In this document: in pieces, positions 47,901 through 61,560 of the stretch
Layout: every line of letters begins with the position of its first letter
How positions within the stretch are numbered: the first letter of the stretch is position 1
Assembly (NCBI RefSeq): GCF_006345805.1
Contig: NC_043008.1
Location: 49,352,001 to 49,416,000, forward strand
Reading direction: 5' to 3'
DNA: 64,000 bases
Source of the DNA: Octopus sinensis
Taxonomy: Eukaryota
Notes under the pieces: model-generated
What the model was told of the DNA's origin: nothing
The model's database searches: none
The model's input: the letters and a program-made list of their open reading frames with translations, nothing else
Translations under genes and position numbers: made by a program

Positions 47901-48959
47901 TGTCGTTCGGAAGCATACATATGCGTGTGTATAACATATGACATCAATGTTTTGTACTGTTGATTTAAATGTAATCACAAAAATGTTGCATCATCATCAC
48001 CACCACCATCATTGTCATTGTAATCATCGTCATCATCATTCCCCCTCCCCCTCCACGGTTATCTATGACCTCTTGACTGCCATCAAAGGAAATCTATCTT
48101 GAAACGCATTCAGTAACAGAATATATTCCTGAGAATTTGAGAGATATTCTTTTAAGATAATTTTCTTTTTCCATCAACCATAAAATTTTGAGATTTTTTT
48201 AAAGAGAGCAAGGAAGAACAAAAAAACAAAATCCTGAAATCTAAGAGGGAAATATCACAAAATGTATTTTCCGCAGCTGTTAAGTTCCTTTTGAAGACTT
48301 TTGAATTTGGCATTTTGATTTAATAGTATTCTTCATGGCAAGCACTATTTATTTACATCACCATAATATATAACTCACCAGCCCCTCTCTGATAAGCATT
48401 CTTTCCCTGGGTTCTGTTACCCTTTGAAAGTGTTTTATATTCTTTTATTGATGTGGAATTTTAAAAATAGTCTTGCATTTTTTTATGTATTTTATTCTAT
48501 TTTGTTTTGTGTGTTTGTCTTAATTTTGCCATATCATTTTCTTATATTTATTAAATTCTAAATTTGAGTAGATATTAATCTGGGGCCCAAGTTGGTTTAT
48601 ATTCTCATGTGACAAATAATGGTCTCTGCTTTGACTTTGGCACTTGATTGGAAAACCATAGGAAGGACATGGAAAACCATAGGAAGGATGTCTAGTCGGA
48701 AAAAGTAACAGCGTCAACGATTTAAGACATGTCTTAATTTGAAAAAAGAAACAATAAATTTTATCCCAGTCATGCTAACATAGAAAAATCCTCATCCAAC
48801 GTCCATGCTTGAATAAGTGGGATGATTTGACAGGATCTGACAATCCTGAGGACTTTGTTGAGTTCTAGTGTCCGATTTGGTATGGTTTCTACAGCTGGAT
48901 GCCATTCTTAACACCAATGAATGTAAAATGATAAAAATGAAAACTTGTCCGGTCTGTTA

Positions 48960-49193
48960 TACCTATTTCTTTATTACCCACAAGGGGCTAAACATAGAGG
49001 AGACAAACAAGGACAGACATAGGTATTAAGTCGATTACATCGACCCCAGTGCGTAACTGGTACTTAATTTATCGACCCCGAAAGGATGAAAGGCAAAGTC
49101 AACCTCGGCGGAATTTGAACTCACAACGTAACGACAAGCGAAATACCGTTAAGCATTTCGCCCGGCGTGCTAACGTTTCTGCCAGCTCTCCGC
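48960..49193 (-). mobile_element. Young full SINE B
   Basis: CpGs retained; TSD ctgttatac at 48954-48962 and 49194-49202. Confidence 0.92.
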
Positions 49194-50657
49194 CTGTTAT
49201 ACTTTATATATGTGATGGTGTGTGGTGCCTTAGTGGTTACTGTATTTGGCTAGCAATCATATGGTTCCATCGTGGGTTCAATTCCTGGCAGTCTGTTCTG
49301 TTCTTGAGCAAGACACTTTATTTAACATTGTTCCAGTCCGATCAGCTAGCAAAAATGAGTTGTACCTGTATTTTAAAGGGGCCAGTCTTGTCATCCCTGT
49401 GTTCAACTGGTACTTATTTTATTGGCCCCAGAAAGGATGTAAGGCAAAATCGACCTCGGCGGAATTTGAACTCAGAATGTAAAGATGGATGAAATATTGC
49501 TAAGCATTTCACCGAGCATGCTAATGATTCTGCCAGCTCACCACCTTAATAATAATAATAATAATGATAACAATAGCCATGGTGCTATTAATGTCTGTTA
49601 ACTTCTACTTAAAGGTTATACCTAAAAAACTTGTTAATTTCTCTGGAGTTTCACTTTTATCTCAGAACCAAAATTATGAAGAAATTATGTTTAAGCAACA
49701 AACCATTATAAAAGTTGTGAGACTTTTTGGGTTCTGCTTCTTGAATTTCAGAAGGAATATTATTTGGAATTGTTTCTTTTTCTTTTTTTTTTTTTTGGTT
49801 CCCCTTTTTTCTCTTATTTTCTTGAGTCTAAAGCAGTCTCTCTCATCAACGTACCCCCACCCCCCATAAGTAAAAGCTGACATGATATTACAACCAGTAA
49901 ATGCTAATCTGTTCAGTTCTGGTCATTAGTTCCATCTTCCAAAGTTCTATTAGGGAGGGCGTCAGGCACAGACCTTTTCTCGGCAGGAGTCGATTAGTTT
50001 TGCTTCAGTTCTCAAACCATTTCCTTGTTGGCACATGTTCCAACTTATCATCTCGGTATTTACTTTGTAAATTTGTCCATCTCCATTAGCTTCAAGCTTT
50101 ACCCTTTTTTTCTCCCCACTAAACACAACGGAGATTTCCTTATACTTTTCAAGAACTGAGAAAAAAGCAATTTTTTTAAATCGCTGTTTCTATGACAACG
50201 TAGAATAAAACCAATTTAATTGCCAATAACTGAGGTTAAATGGTTGAGTGGTTGATGTTTTGTTCAAGCAAGTCATAAGGCTTGTGTTCAGTTCCACTGC
50301 AGGCATTATTACAGGGCAGAATCTTTGGCAGAATCATTAGAGCTTCAAGCAAAATGCCTTGTGGTATTACGGTTCCTTACACTAAGAGTTCAAATCGCAC
50401 TTATGTCAATTTGGCTTTTCATGTTCAGTAAAATGGCTGTTAAACTAAAAATAAGAACAAATATTTACTGCACTATTTCATGATTATTTCATGTAATACT
50501 TACTGGCCTCATAATGCTGTTAGTATTGGTTGTATACGACGAGTGTTGCCCATCCCTTTGACTAAATAAAATTATCTGGTGATAGCTTATTTCTTCGAAT
50601 TCACCCTTGGCTGGATTTGTGTTATTTCCTTGTTTCAGTTTTCACCTTAGGAAAGTA

Positions 50658-51043
50658 CAATGATACCTCACTGTACGAGTTTAAATTCATTCCATGACCA
50701 AGCTCGTCTTACAATTTACTTGTTTTGCAAATCAATTTGCCCCCATTGAAATGAACTAAAATATAATTAATCCGTTCCAGCCCCACGAAAACCACTCAAA
50801 AATAATTTATGGGTTTTAAAACAGAAGAGGTGTAGTTACAAATAAAATAACAATTATAAAAATAGAGAATGCAAAAGAAATGTGTTAACTGGGTTTATTA
50901 ACTGAATTATCTTCAAGATGGGACGATTTAAGTGCCCGGACTGCGGGTTTCTGCTCATACTTCAAGACAAAAATTCTCACGAGCCTCGGCTCATACAGCA
51001 AATTAGTCATACAACGGTGCACTCGTACTTTGAGGTTCTACTG
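50658..51043. mobile_element. Tigger/pogo-like MITE
   Basis: TA|CAATGATACCTCACTGTACGAGT..ACTCGTACTTTGAGGTTCTACTG|TA. Confidence 0.75.
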
Positions 51044-52508
51044 TAACTAATATATAGAGATGAGAGTCACAATAAAGATCTAGGTTACAACTAGATCCAA
51101 TCCATAGATTTTTATCGATTATTGTTATGGGGCTGAGGTAAGGAACTGGAATTTCAAGGATGAGGGATTGTTCTGGAATATCAAAGGGTGAGGTCAAAGG
51201 TGAGGTATTGTGTCAGAATGTCAAAGGTTAGAGATTGAACTGTGAGGAGTTCTAAACATGACAACAACATTTGTCCAAATTTTCATCAGGAGTAACTATC
51301 TACTCCCTCATTTTAGTATCATAGTGCTGACATGGCACCTTTGATGGAGTCTACTCTGTTACAAGCCTTCAGAGCAAACCTCAGGCTTTGATGATGCCTT
51401 TCTCCATTCCTCCTTCCAGTCTTGTAGACCCTGTAAAAGACCATGGGTACTGCCTTCTATCCTGGCTAAAAAAAAACTTTTTAAAATGTGTTTCGTTTAG
51501 AATTAATAGGGATGAAGGGGTCTCTCATTTTCTCAGAGTTAAGTCAATATGTGCTGCTCCTTTATAAACTGTCCAATTAAAGAAGACTATACCACTTCAT
51601 AGAGCTGAACCTAAGAAAAAATAAGGGGCTGTACCCTGATGAAGTAGTTGTACTAAAGTAGCAGGCTCTCGCCTACTTGATTAGAAGTTGTTCTGAAACA
51701 ACATAAAATTCATCACAGATTCTTTGCTCATCATCTTCATCATTTAATGTTATGTTCCATTCTGACATAGGTTGAACAGGTTGACAGGAGCTAACGAGTC
51801 CCAAGTTCTGCATTGTTGTCCAGTGTTTGGTTTGGCATAGGTTTTCATGGCTGGATGCCCTTCCCAACACCAACTGCTTTACAGCATGAAATGGGTGTGT
51901 TTCTGTTGTGCCCCCCAGCACCACTGGGTTGCTATGTGACTTGCAACCCTAACCCTAACCCTGAGGGAGGTGGTTTTTATGCTAGGAGATGAAAAGTAAA
52001 AGCATGAGAAAAGGGCCAGATTAGAACAAGTTTCTTGCTGCAGAGCAGCTACATGGCTACTCACATTTTAGAAGAGAGGCCAGGAGTAATGGGATGGAGC
52101 AGAGAAGAGATTAAAATAATGGTGATGAGGTACATGAGTGGGTGGGTGGAAGTTGCAAGAATGCATAGGGGCAGGGTGAGTGGTAGGAAATAGGTGAGGC
52201 AGTAAATGCAACGATTGAAAAACACTAATTTGATGAATAAATATTTTCTGAATGCTAAATTTAAAAGCTGTTATGTGGACCAAGTACATGTGTTGCCATT
52301 ATAATCATTTTGAGCACTCATTCACTGGCTTTAAATGGCTATAGAGTGCAGAAATGGTGTAGCAAGGAGTGTCTAGTTATTGAGGACACAAACAACTATA
52401 AAACTTTAATTTGCATAATCAATAAGCTACTAGATACACATATGACATGCGTTGAAGATATGGGATTAATTCTTGTTAACATATTTTCTGTTGAAATGCT
52501 CTGTTTTT

Positions 52509-52728
52509 TGTTGTGTATGGGGAGAGTCAATCTCTTTTAGTGCCTTATAATTTAACGCACTCATCAGTAAAATTTCCACTCCTTCTTTATTTAAAAAATT
52601 TTTTCATTGTGTCTTACAACCTTTTCAATAACTATTGAAAAGGTTGCCAGACACAACGAAAACTTTGTGGAAATTTTACTGATGAATATGTTAAGGCACT
52701 AAAAGAGAATGACTCTCCAGACACAACA
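52509..52728. mobile_element. Fold-back MITE, palindromic over about 100 bp per arm
   Basis: Perfect 14-bp core arms caaccttttcaata-ac-tattgaaaaggttg (52617-52646); outer arms ggagagtca..ttttagtgcctta / taaggcactaaaa..tgactctcc. Confidence 0.8.
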
Positions 52729-53069
52729 TAATATGCTTCAACACAGGAACTCACATAAAGAATCTTGCAAACCAAATCCAAAAACGAAATGCTCTTTGTT
52801 TCAATTAATTTTAGAAACAATGAATTTAGTAAAATAACTTTGTTTTTATAAAGCTGGTGTCTGGAACATATAAATTAACACAAAATATTGTGGAGGATTT
52901 AAATTTATATCACTTTCAAAATTCAGTTTTCCATGTTGGCCCTTTGATAATAAAATGGAAGGTATATGACATAAGGTTCTCTTATTACTGACCAGGTTTT
53001 CTTTTATATAGATTAAGAAAACAATGTCTGACAAAGGACTTGTTAGCTTGAAAGCCCTTAATTTAGTGT

Positions 53070-53393
53070 GGCCCTCCATTGGTAATGACGAAGAGTGTAC
53101 CAGTGGATCTAATCAACGGAACAACTTGGTCGTGAAATTAATGATCAAGTGGCTGAGCACCCCACAGACACGTGTACCCTTAATGTAGTTCTCAGGGAGA
53201 TTCAGCACGACACAGAATGTGATAAGGATGGCCCCTTTTAGTTACAAATACAACTCATTTTTGCCAGCTGAGTGGAGTGGAGTAACGTGAAATAAACTGT
53301 CTCGCTCAAGGACACAACACACCGATAGGAATTGAACTCACGACTTTATGATTGCAAACCAAACACCCTAACCACTAAGCCACGGACCTTCAC
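53070..53393 (-). mobile_element. Near full SINE family G
   Basis: gtggcttagtggttagg head, gagttcaattcc B-box, gtgtccttgagcgagac. Confidence 0.8.
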
Positions 53394-53689
53394 TGTTGAG
53401 ATACACAGCCTTTGTTTCAATTAGTTTTGAAATAGAGGATGGATTTAATAGAATAGCTTTGTCATTGTTAAGCTAGTGTTTGGAACATAAATTAGTATAA
53501 AATGTTAGTCAGGTCAGGTCGGGTCAAATGTGGGGTCATGCATTGTTGCATTCACTATTTGTCTGTATATTCCCTGGTCCTTCAGAGCAACCTGTTGAGC
53601 AGAATCCCAGTCAATCCCCATTTTCATAAGATCCCTCCTCATTCACTGTGACCAAAGGAACCAATAAAAAGAATAATTCTTCCTAATTT

Positions 53690-54076
53690 CGGCATGGGCC
53701 AACAATTTGAAGAGGAATGGGTTTGGTTGATTTCATTGACCCCCAGCACTTGATTGGTGCTTTTATTGACCTCAGTGAGATTTGAACTCAGAACATAAGG
53801 AGCCGGAAGAAATATCACTAAGTGTTTTGTCCAATGCCCTAATGATTCTGCCAGCTTACTAATTGAATAATAATAATAATAATAATCCTTTCTATTATAA
53901 GCATAAAGCCTGAAATTTGGGGGTCCCCAGTGCTCAACTGGTATTTATTGTATCAACCCTGAAAGGATAAAAGGTGAAGTTGACCGTGGCAGGATTTGAA
54001 CTCAGAACGCAGTGACAGGTGAAATACCTCTAAGTATTTCATCCAGTGTGCTGACGATTCTGCCAGTTTGCCACCT

Positions 54077-54112
<36 letters not shown>

Positions 54113-54310
54113 TAGTAATAATGGTTTCAAATTTTGGCTCAAGGCCAGCAATTTTAGGGGAGGGATCAAGTCGATTATATCAACCCCAGTATTCAACTGG
54201 TACTTATTTTATTAATCCCTGAAGGATGAAAGCTAAAGTCAACTGTAGCAGCATTTGAACTCAGAACAGAAGGTCAGAGGAAATACTGCTGACGATTCAG
54301 TCAGATCACT
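53690..54310 (-). mobile_element. Three tandem degraded SINE B copies
   Basis: Three gatttgaactcagaac cores with different tails. Confidence 0.8.
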
Positions 54311-54664
54311 ATCATAATAATAATAATAATAATGATGATAATAATAATCATAATGATAAGGTAAACAGAATTTATTCAATAAGTTGACTTTTCACAAATA
54401 AAAATGTATCTTTCGTTTATTCATCAAAGAAAATACGATTATCTCTTCATGGTTAAGCTATTTTACTTATTTATTAATTTTTTACGTTTGAATGCTTCTT
54501 CCTGAGCTAACCATTCAACCTTGAAAGGGAGTGGAACCTGTTGTTAGCTAGGAAGACTGAGACAGAATTATATCTGTTTCACACAGTTGTATAATAACCA
54601 CATAACAACATCCTTTTTATGTGTTTATTCAATTGTAAGGGTGTTACTTGGGTGAAATCTTATT

Positions 54665-55040
54665 TACTCTCTCTCTATTTTACTTGTTTCAGTCATTTGA
54701 CTGTGGCCATGCTGGACCATGGAGCAAATCGACCCCAGGACTTATTCTTTGTAAGCTTAGTACTTATTCTATCGGTCTCTTTTGCCGAACTGCTAAGTTT
54801 GGGGATGTAAACACACCAGCATCGGTTGTCAAGCAATGTTGGTAGGGACACAGACACTCAAACATATACACACACACATACATACATACATATATATATA
54901 TGCATATATAAGACGGCTTCTTTCAGTTTCCGTCTACCAAATCCACTCACAAGGCTTTGGTTGGCCCGAGGCTATAGTAGAAGACACTTGCCCAAGGTGC
55001 CATGTGGTTGGTAAGCAAGCTACTTACAACACAGCCATTC
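54665..55040 (-). mobile_element. Near full SINE A
   Basis: Colinear with the reverse complement of 12199-12600. Confidence 0.9.
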
Positions 55041-55400
55041 CTATGCCTATTTAAGGATTTTCTATTTGAAAACTGCTTTTATACTTCAATTTGGAGTTAT
55101 ATCCTTCTAATACATAGCTATGTTATTGTTACTTAGCCTCAGGTTGTATTTGATTTAGCAGAACTATGATCAAAGACATTCCACAGGCTTCCTAATGTGT
55201 TTGGGTTTTTTTTTTTTAGGTAGTAGGGAGTGATGTAAGGGAATTTTGGCTGTTCTTTCAAGCAGGCAGAGCAACCATGGAAAAAGTGGTTGTTGAACAT
55301 TGTCATCATCATGAGTTTAACATCTGCTGTTTGTTCTATGTTTGTTCATTGTAGCAAATTGTCTACAGCCATAAAACCTTTTCTGCCACCAAACACTCAC

Positions 55401-55448
55401 CTGTTTTTCGAGTCAGGTAATATATCCCCATGGATGGAGATGTTTTCT
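55401..55448 (-). other. Candidate 48-nt exon
   Basis: Acceptor ttttttccatcttcag and perfect donor CAG|gtgagt; frames ENISIHGDILPDSKN or KTSPSMGIYYLTRKT. Confidence 0.55.
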
Positions 55449-55808
55449 CTGAAGATGGAAAAAATCAATGATACCATTTGAATGACAGTGAGGCTCATTT
55501 ACAACTATTGCTGTTCAGATAAGGAGACACAAACAGACATATACTCATATGATAGGCTTCTTTCAGTTTCCATCTACCACATCCACTCACAAACCTCTCA
55601 GTGGCCCAAGGCTATGGTAGTGGAACGGGACTTGAAATCATGTGGATGGAAAGAGAATGTCTTAAGAGCACAGCCATACCTGCATGGATGTGTTGTCAAA
55701 CATGATGTATATAAGGATATATAACCAGCTAGCACCTTGTGCCAAAATTTGAAACCATTATTATGCACAACCACGCACTCACACACACGCACGCACGCAC
55801 GCACGCAT

Positions 55809-55851
<43 letters not shown>

Positions 55852-55910
55852 GATTCTACAATATATGTTGTAAAGTTGTTTGGCCCTAGTTCAACCCTAA
55901 TTGAGTAGGC

Positions 55911-56178
55911 CAGTAGTTCCCAAACTTTTTTGGGCCTGCCACTCCCTTGACACTTGAGCCACATTCCCCTCCCCCACAAACGTAGACCTCTTTCTGCAGC
56001 AAATTCAAAACAACACAAATAAAACTTTAACCCATTTTTTTGGGGCGGTGGGATGAGTGGGTTTACATCCATTGCCCCCTTTTGGCGGCCCTATTATTGC
56101 CCCACTTTTCTTCAAAGCCCCTCTTGATCTTTCTGCTGGCCACAGCAGGGGCAGTACTGCCCACTTTGGGAACCACTG
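55911..56178. mobile_element. hAT-type MITE
   Basis: TIR cagtagttcccaaa / tttgggaaccactg; 8-bp TSD gagtaggc / aagtagac (6/8). Confidence 0.8.
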
Positions 56179-57284
56179 AAGTAGACCAATAACCAAATGT
56201 CTTGTCATGCCATCCCTGGCCCCTGTGCTGATGCCACACAGAAAACAGTGGCACTGTTGCCACATAAAAAGCACCCAGTGTACCCTGTAAAATGGTTGGC
56301 ATTGGAAAGGGCATCCAGCTGTAGAAACCTTGTCAAACATAGACAATCGAGACCTGATCTAGCTCTCTGGCTTGCCAGCACCTGTCAAACCTAGGCCAGC
56401 ATGGAAAACAGATGATGACGATGATGACAAGTATTATGTGATTAGATGTAAATTAACCTGTTATTTCTAGCAGGTCTCTTCTATGTTTAAGTAATGTACT
56501 CCACAATTGTCTAACCACCTTTGTGTTGCAAATATTTTAATGACGTTTTATAGATCTGGTTCACGTGATGGACAAATGTGCACTACAACCATAAAATTGC
56601 CAGGTGAAACCAGTAACTTAAAAAAAAAAAAAGAAGTTTTTTTTTGTATATTTTGGTGTTTTGTAGTATGTGTATATATGTAGGTATTTATAAAACACAC
56701 CTTCCGCCTCCTTTTATACATCATTGTTCACCAGTTTATGACTACATATGCTGTGCAGTCACGTGTGTCTCTGGTCTATATTCAATCATTCATAAAAGAC
56801 ATTAGCTTTCTATTTATGCACCCCCACGTTCCTTTGTTGTCTGCATTTTCAGGGTCAGTGCCATAAGAGTAGATCTAATTTAGAATTGTACTGTCTGAAA
56901 CTGGTTTCTCCCCCCACCCCCGCCTCTCCTCTATTTTCTCACCCTCCTTTTCTTCTCTTTGATTCCGAAAGCTTATTTATTCTGTTATCGATTGACCCGG
57001 AAATTATTGCCACCCACAGTCAGCTATTTTCTCAAACACACCAATAAATACCTTTGTTATAAAACACATCTTGCTTGGCAGCTTTTGTTCCAAAATATGC
57101 CCCATTTGCAACAGTCTTAACGAGCAGTCTTAACGACTACAATTGTTGTCATTTACCTGTAGAGGTTTCATTTTTATTTTATGAGTTGTCAGTGAAAATA
57201 CTGCTGACCAGTCAATGAGGGTATCAAACTTTCCCCTATGGCTCAAGAAATCTATCTTTCCCCAGGTAAATTCATTTGCTTTCT

Positions 57285-57660
57285 CTCTCTGTGTCTGTCT
57301 TTTTCTCTCTGTCTGTCTGTCTCTTTCTTTATCTCTCTCTCTCTGTGCCTATCTGTGTGTGTGTGTGTGTGTGTGTCTCTCTCTATTTCTCTCTCTGTTC
57401 TCTTTCTGTCTCTTTCTGTGCCTGTGTGTGTGTGTGTGTCTCTCTCTCTTTGTCTTTTTATCTGTCTGTCTGTTTCTTTTTCTTTCTCTCTGTCTCTTTG
57501 TCTCTCTCCTTCTCTGTCTCTGTCTATGCCTGTGTGTGTGTCTGTCTCTCTCTTTCTGTGTGTGTGTGTGTGTGTCTCTTTTTGTCTGTCTGTCTCTCTC
57601 TCTCCTTCTCTGTTTCTGTCTGTGCCGGTGTGTGTGTATCTCTGCCTGCTCCCCCCCTCT
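57285..57660. repeat. (TC)/(TG)/(TGTC) compound microsatellite
   Basis: Direct inspection. Confidence 0.95.
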
Positions 57661-57894
57661 CTACTTCAAGTCATTTTTATGTATTTCTTTTGATACTAAC
57701 CTACCTGAAACTTACTTTTACGATACAAACTCCTTGTTTTAAAATGATCCAGATTTTAAAATTTTCCATAAAAATTTCCATGTTAATCTGTTTCAAACAT
57801 CAGTTGCTTTATTGAATTCTTTATTTTCAAATGAGAGGTTGTGTGTTTCAACAGAAATATGGTAACAGAAACAAAAATTCATCATTATTATAGA

Positions 57895-58050
57895 TGCAGG
57901 TGTGGCTGTGTGGTAAGAAGCTTTCTTCCCAACCACATGGTTCTGGGTTCAGTCCTACTGAGTGGCACCTTGGGCAAGTGTCTTTTACTATAGCCTTGAG
58001 CTGACCAAAGCTTTGTGAGTGGATAACTGAAAGAAGCCCATCATGTGTAT

Positions 58051-58094
<44 letters not shown>

Positions 58095-58095
58095 T

Positions 58096-58129
<34 letters not shown>

Positions 58130-58171
58130 ATATATATATATATATATCTATATATATATATATTTATATAT

Positions 58172-58266
<95 letters not shown>

Positions 58267-58775
58267 TTGTATGACTGTTTGTCCCCCCACCATCGCTTGT
58301 CAACTGCTGTTGGTTTGTTTACATCTCCCTTACCTAGTGCTTCAGCAAAAGCGACCGATAGAATAAGTACCAGACTTACAAAGAATAAGTTCTAGGGTCA
58401 ATTTGGACTAAAGGTGATGCTCCAGCATGGCTGTAGTCAAATGACAGAAACAAATAAAAGAATATATATATATTTATATATGTGTATATTCTTGTATGTC
58501 TGTGTTTGTCCCTTCCACCATCGCTTGACAACCGATGTTGGTATGTTTACGTCTCTGTAACTTAGTGGTTCGGCAAAAGGGACCGGTAGAATAAGTACTA
58601 GGCTTACAAAGAATAAGTCCTGGCGGTCGATAACTTAGTGGTTCGGCAAAAGAGACCAATGGAATAAGTACCAGGCTTACAAAGAATAAGTCCTGGGGGG
58701 TCGATTTCTCCGACTAAAACCCTTTAAGGCGGTACTCCAGCATGGCCACAGTCAAATGACTGAAACATGTAAAAG
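57895..58775 (+). mobile_element. SINE A with ~200-bp expanded internal (TA)n, followed by a second 3' half with a ~73-bp internal duplication
   Basis: Head 57895-58045, TA tract 58045-58265, 3' bodies 58265-58775. Confidence 0.88.
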
Positions 58776-59284
58776 AATAAAAGCCAGTTGACAGAATCAT
58801 TAGCACCCGGGACAAAGTGCTGGGCAGTATTTGTGTGCCTTTACATTCGGAGTTCAAATTCTGTTGGGACCAACTTTGCCTGTCATCCTTTCAGGGCCGT
58901 ATATTAAGTACCAGTTAAGTACTGTACGGCGGGGTTATGTCATTGACTGTCCCTCTAAAACAAGCCAAAATTTGAAGCAATTATTATCATTATGATACAC
59001 TGTGAATCAAGGGTCATTTCACTTTATGAAGCCCTTCTCCTGAATAAATTGCTCCCATGACCTAATCAAAATGAAATCAATAGTTTACATATAAATAGAT
59101 GTAGTTAAGTGCTTTTCTTTTTTCTTCTTCATTTAATGTTCTACCGAGATAAACATAGACAGTAGACATAAACTACATTCTACAGGTCACACTTTTATCT
59201 CTCTGGATTCTAAAATATTTTTAGTCCATTCCCCACCCTGCAACAGACTAATAGCTTCTGAACAATCCTTAAATGACACCTTTT

Positions 59285-59361
59285 ATATATATGTATATAT
59301 ACATACACACACACACACATATATATATGTATGTATGTATGTGTATGTATATATGTATATG

Positions 59362-59445
<84 letters not shown>

Positions 59446-59487
59446 TATATATATGTATGTATGTATGTGTATGTATATATGTATATG

Positions 59488-59573
<86 letters not shown>

Positions 59574-59600
59574 TACATATACATACACATACATACACAC
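59285..59600. repeat. Tandemly duplicated compound CA/TATG/TA microsatellite
   Basis: Two ~130-bp blocks with the same internal order. Confidence 0.9.
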
Positions 59601-60174
59601 ACTGTGATATGCTTAACATGTTGTTAAAAGATTAGGTTCATTAAATAGTTGATATAGAAGCTGTTTAAAGGCCAACCAATCATGCCAGCTGTTTCCATGC
59701 GGATTATGATTGAAAACAAAGTTGTTTTTGTGATACAATAACTATATTTGTGATCCTCTTTACTAAGAACTGATAAACATTTTAACGAAGATTGTTCATT
59801 GATCCCCATATCTGTCTCCTTCCACTCAGCTTTCCAGATTGATATCTCCATGTCTCGGTTGTTATTCTTCCATTTTCATTCCTTCAACACTGGACGGTTA
59901 ACCATTATATGACTGGTAATGTTTACATTATGGCTGTGTGGTTAAGAAGGTTGCTCTACAACCATGTGCGTTCAGGTTCTGTTCCACTGTGTGACATCTT
60001 GGGCAAGTGTCTTCTATAGCTCCAGCCTGACCAATGCCTTGAGTGTTAATTTCGTAGGTGGAAATGGGTTGAAGCCTGTTGTGTGTGTGTTTGTCCTCAC
60101 CCACCACTTGGCAACTGGTGTCCCCATGACTTAGAAGTTCAGCAAAAGGGGCCAATAGACTAAAGTACAAGTCT

Positions 60175-60344
60175 TTAACTCTTTAGCATTTAATCTAACC
60201 ATATCTGGCCCAAATATTCTTCTTTTATGTTTAAACTAAGCTGATTTGGCTTCTCACACCTACCCTACAATGTCAGAACAAACAATCCCAAATGAATGAA
60301 TAGGTCTTATATTTGACAGAAAAATCTGAATGCTAAAGGGTTAA
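60175..60344. mobile_element. piggyBac-like TTAA MITE
   Basis: ttaactctttagcatt / aatgctaaagggttaa (15/16 inverted match). Confidence 0.85.
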
Positions 60345-60507
60345 AAAAAAGTCCTGGGGATAATTTGTTTGACTAAAACCCTTCAAGGCTGTGCCCCAGC
60401 ATGGCCACAGTCCAATGACTGAAACAAAGAATAAAAGATGTTCTCTGTGATCCAAGCCCTTGCTCCCAGCCATCTGTTGCTGTCCCTGCATCCTTTTGTG
60501 AACTTAC

Positions 60508-60547
60508 CTGTCCCCCTCTCTCCTCTGTCCCTATTCTTGTGTTATGT
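60508..60547 (-). other. Candidate 40-nt exon
   Basis: Acceptor tctctctctctctgcag and perfect donor CAG|gtaagt; only one frame open (HNTRIGTEERGGQ). Confidence 0.55.
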
Positions 60548-60949
60548 CTGCAGAGAGAGAGAGATTTTATTCTATTTAACCCTCGTACCACCTTTTAGCT
60601 ACTTGAACTTTCTGACACAATTCACCTCTGATAAGATAAACTAGAATTAAATGTCCAGTGAATGTTTATGCCTTATTGACTTAACTTACCAATCACATAG
60701 TGCTTCACTCCAGGCAGGTCGCCTTAACCACTTCATGTTTTAAGAAAGGAAATTTTTTATCTGCACTTTGACATAGTCTAGGTATAACTGTGTAGTCAAG
60801 AATTTGACTTCCCAACCATGTGATTTCAGGTTCTGTCCTACTGCCTGGCACCTTGAGCAAGTATCTTCTGTATTTCTAGACTGACTGAAGCCTTGTGAGT
60901 AAATTTGGTAGCTGTAACCTGAAAGAAACTTGTTCTTTATGCACACATA

Positions 60950-61100
60950 CATACATTGGTGTTAGGAAGGGCATCCAGCTGTAGAAACTTTGCCAGATCA
61001 GGTTGGAGCCTGGTGCAGCCTTCTGGCTTGCCTGTCCTCAGTCAAACTGTCCGACCCATGCCAGCATGGAAAGCGGATATTAAATGACGATGATAACGAG
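60950..61100 (+). mobile_element. Family C copy
   Basis: Core motif and aaatgacgatgat tail. Confidence 0.85.
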
Positions 61101-61161
61101 GATGTTGATACATACAAACATACATGCAACCAACACAGAAGAAAGTTTCTTATGTACACGT

Positions 61162-61214
<53 letters not shown>

Positions 61215-61334
61215 TAATTGTCTATATGACTGTAACTTGATTTTGATCAATGGCTTTGCTTGGTTGTTCTCTTAAATATGACCAGTGCAGATGTGGCTGT
61301 TCAGTCATGTTAGGAACTTTCACTCTTTTACACA

Positions 61335-61560
61335 AATGTAGGTGTTCAAGGAGTTTGCCACCCACACTGACACATGCCTTTATTCTATCATTGAATTTTT
61401 TCAATGAATCTTTTGCATCAACCATAGTGTTCAACATATGATACAGATGCTAAAAATCAAGGGAAACCTGTGCCTGAAGTTTTCTTAAACTTGCACAAGG
61501 CCAGTTGCTCCCTCAAAACAATACATTTGCCTCCAAAGAGTTAGCATCTAGATCCCTTAA
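61335..61560 (-). pseudogene. Tc1/mariner transposase C-terminal relic
   Basis: One frame reads DANSLEANVLF*G..SLRKLQAQV..DSLKKFNDRIKACVSVGGKLLEH, resembling SPDLNPxxxxWG and RLxACIxxxGGHFEH motifs. Confidence 0.55.
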
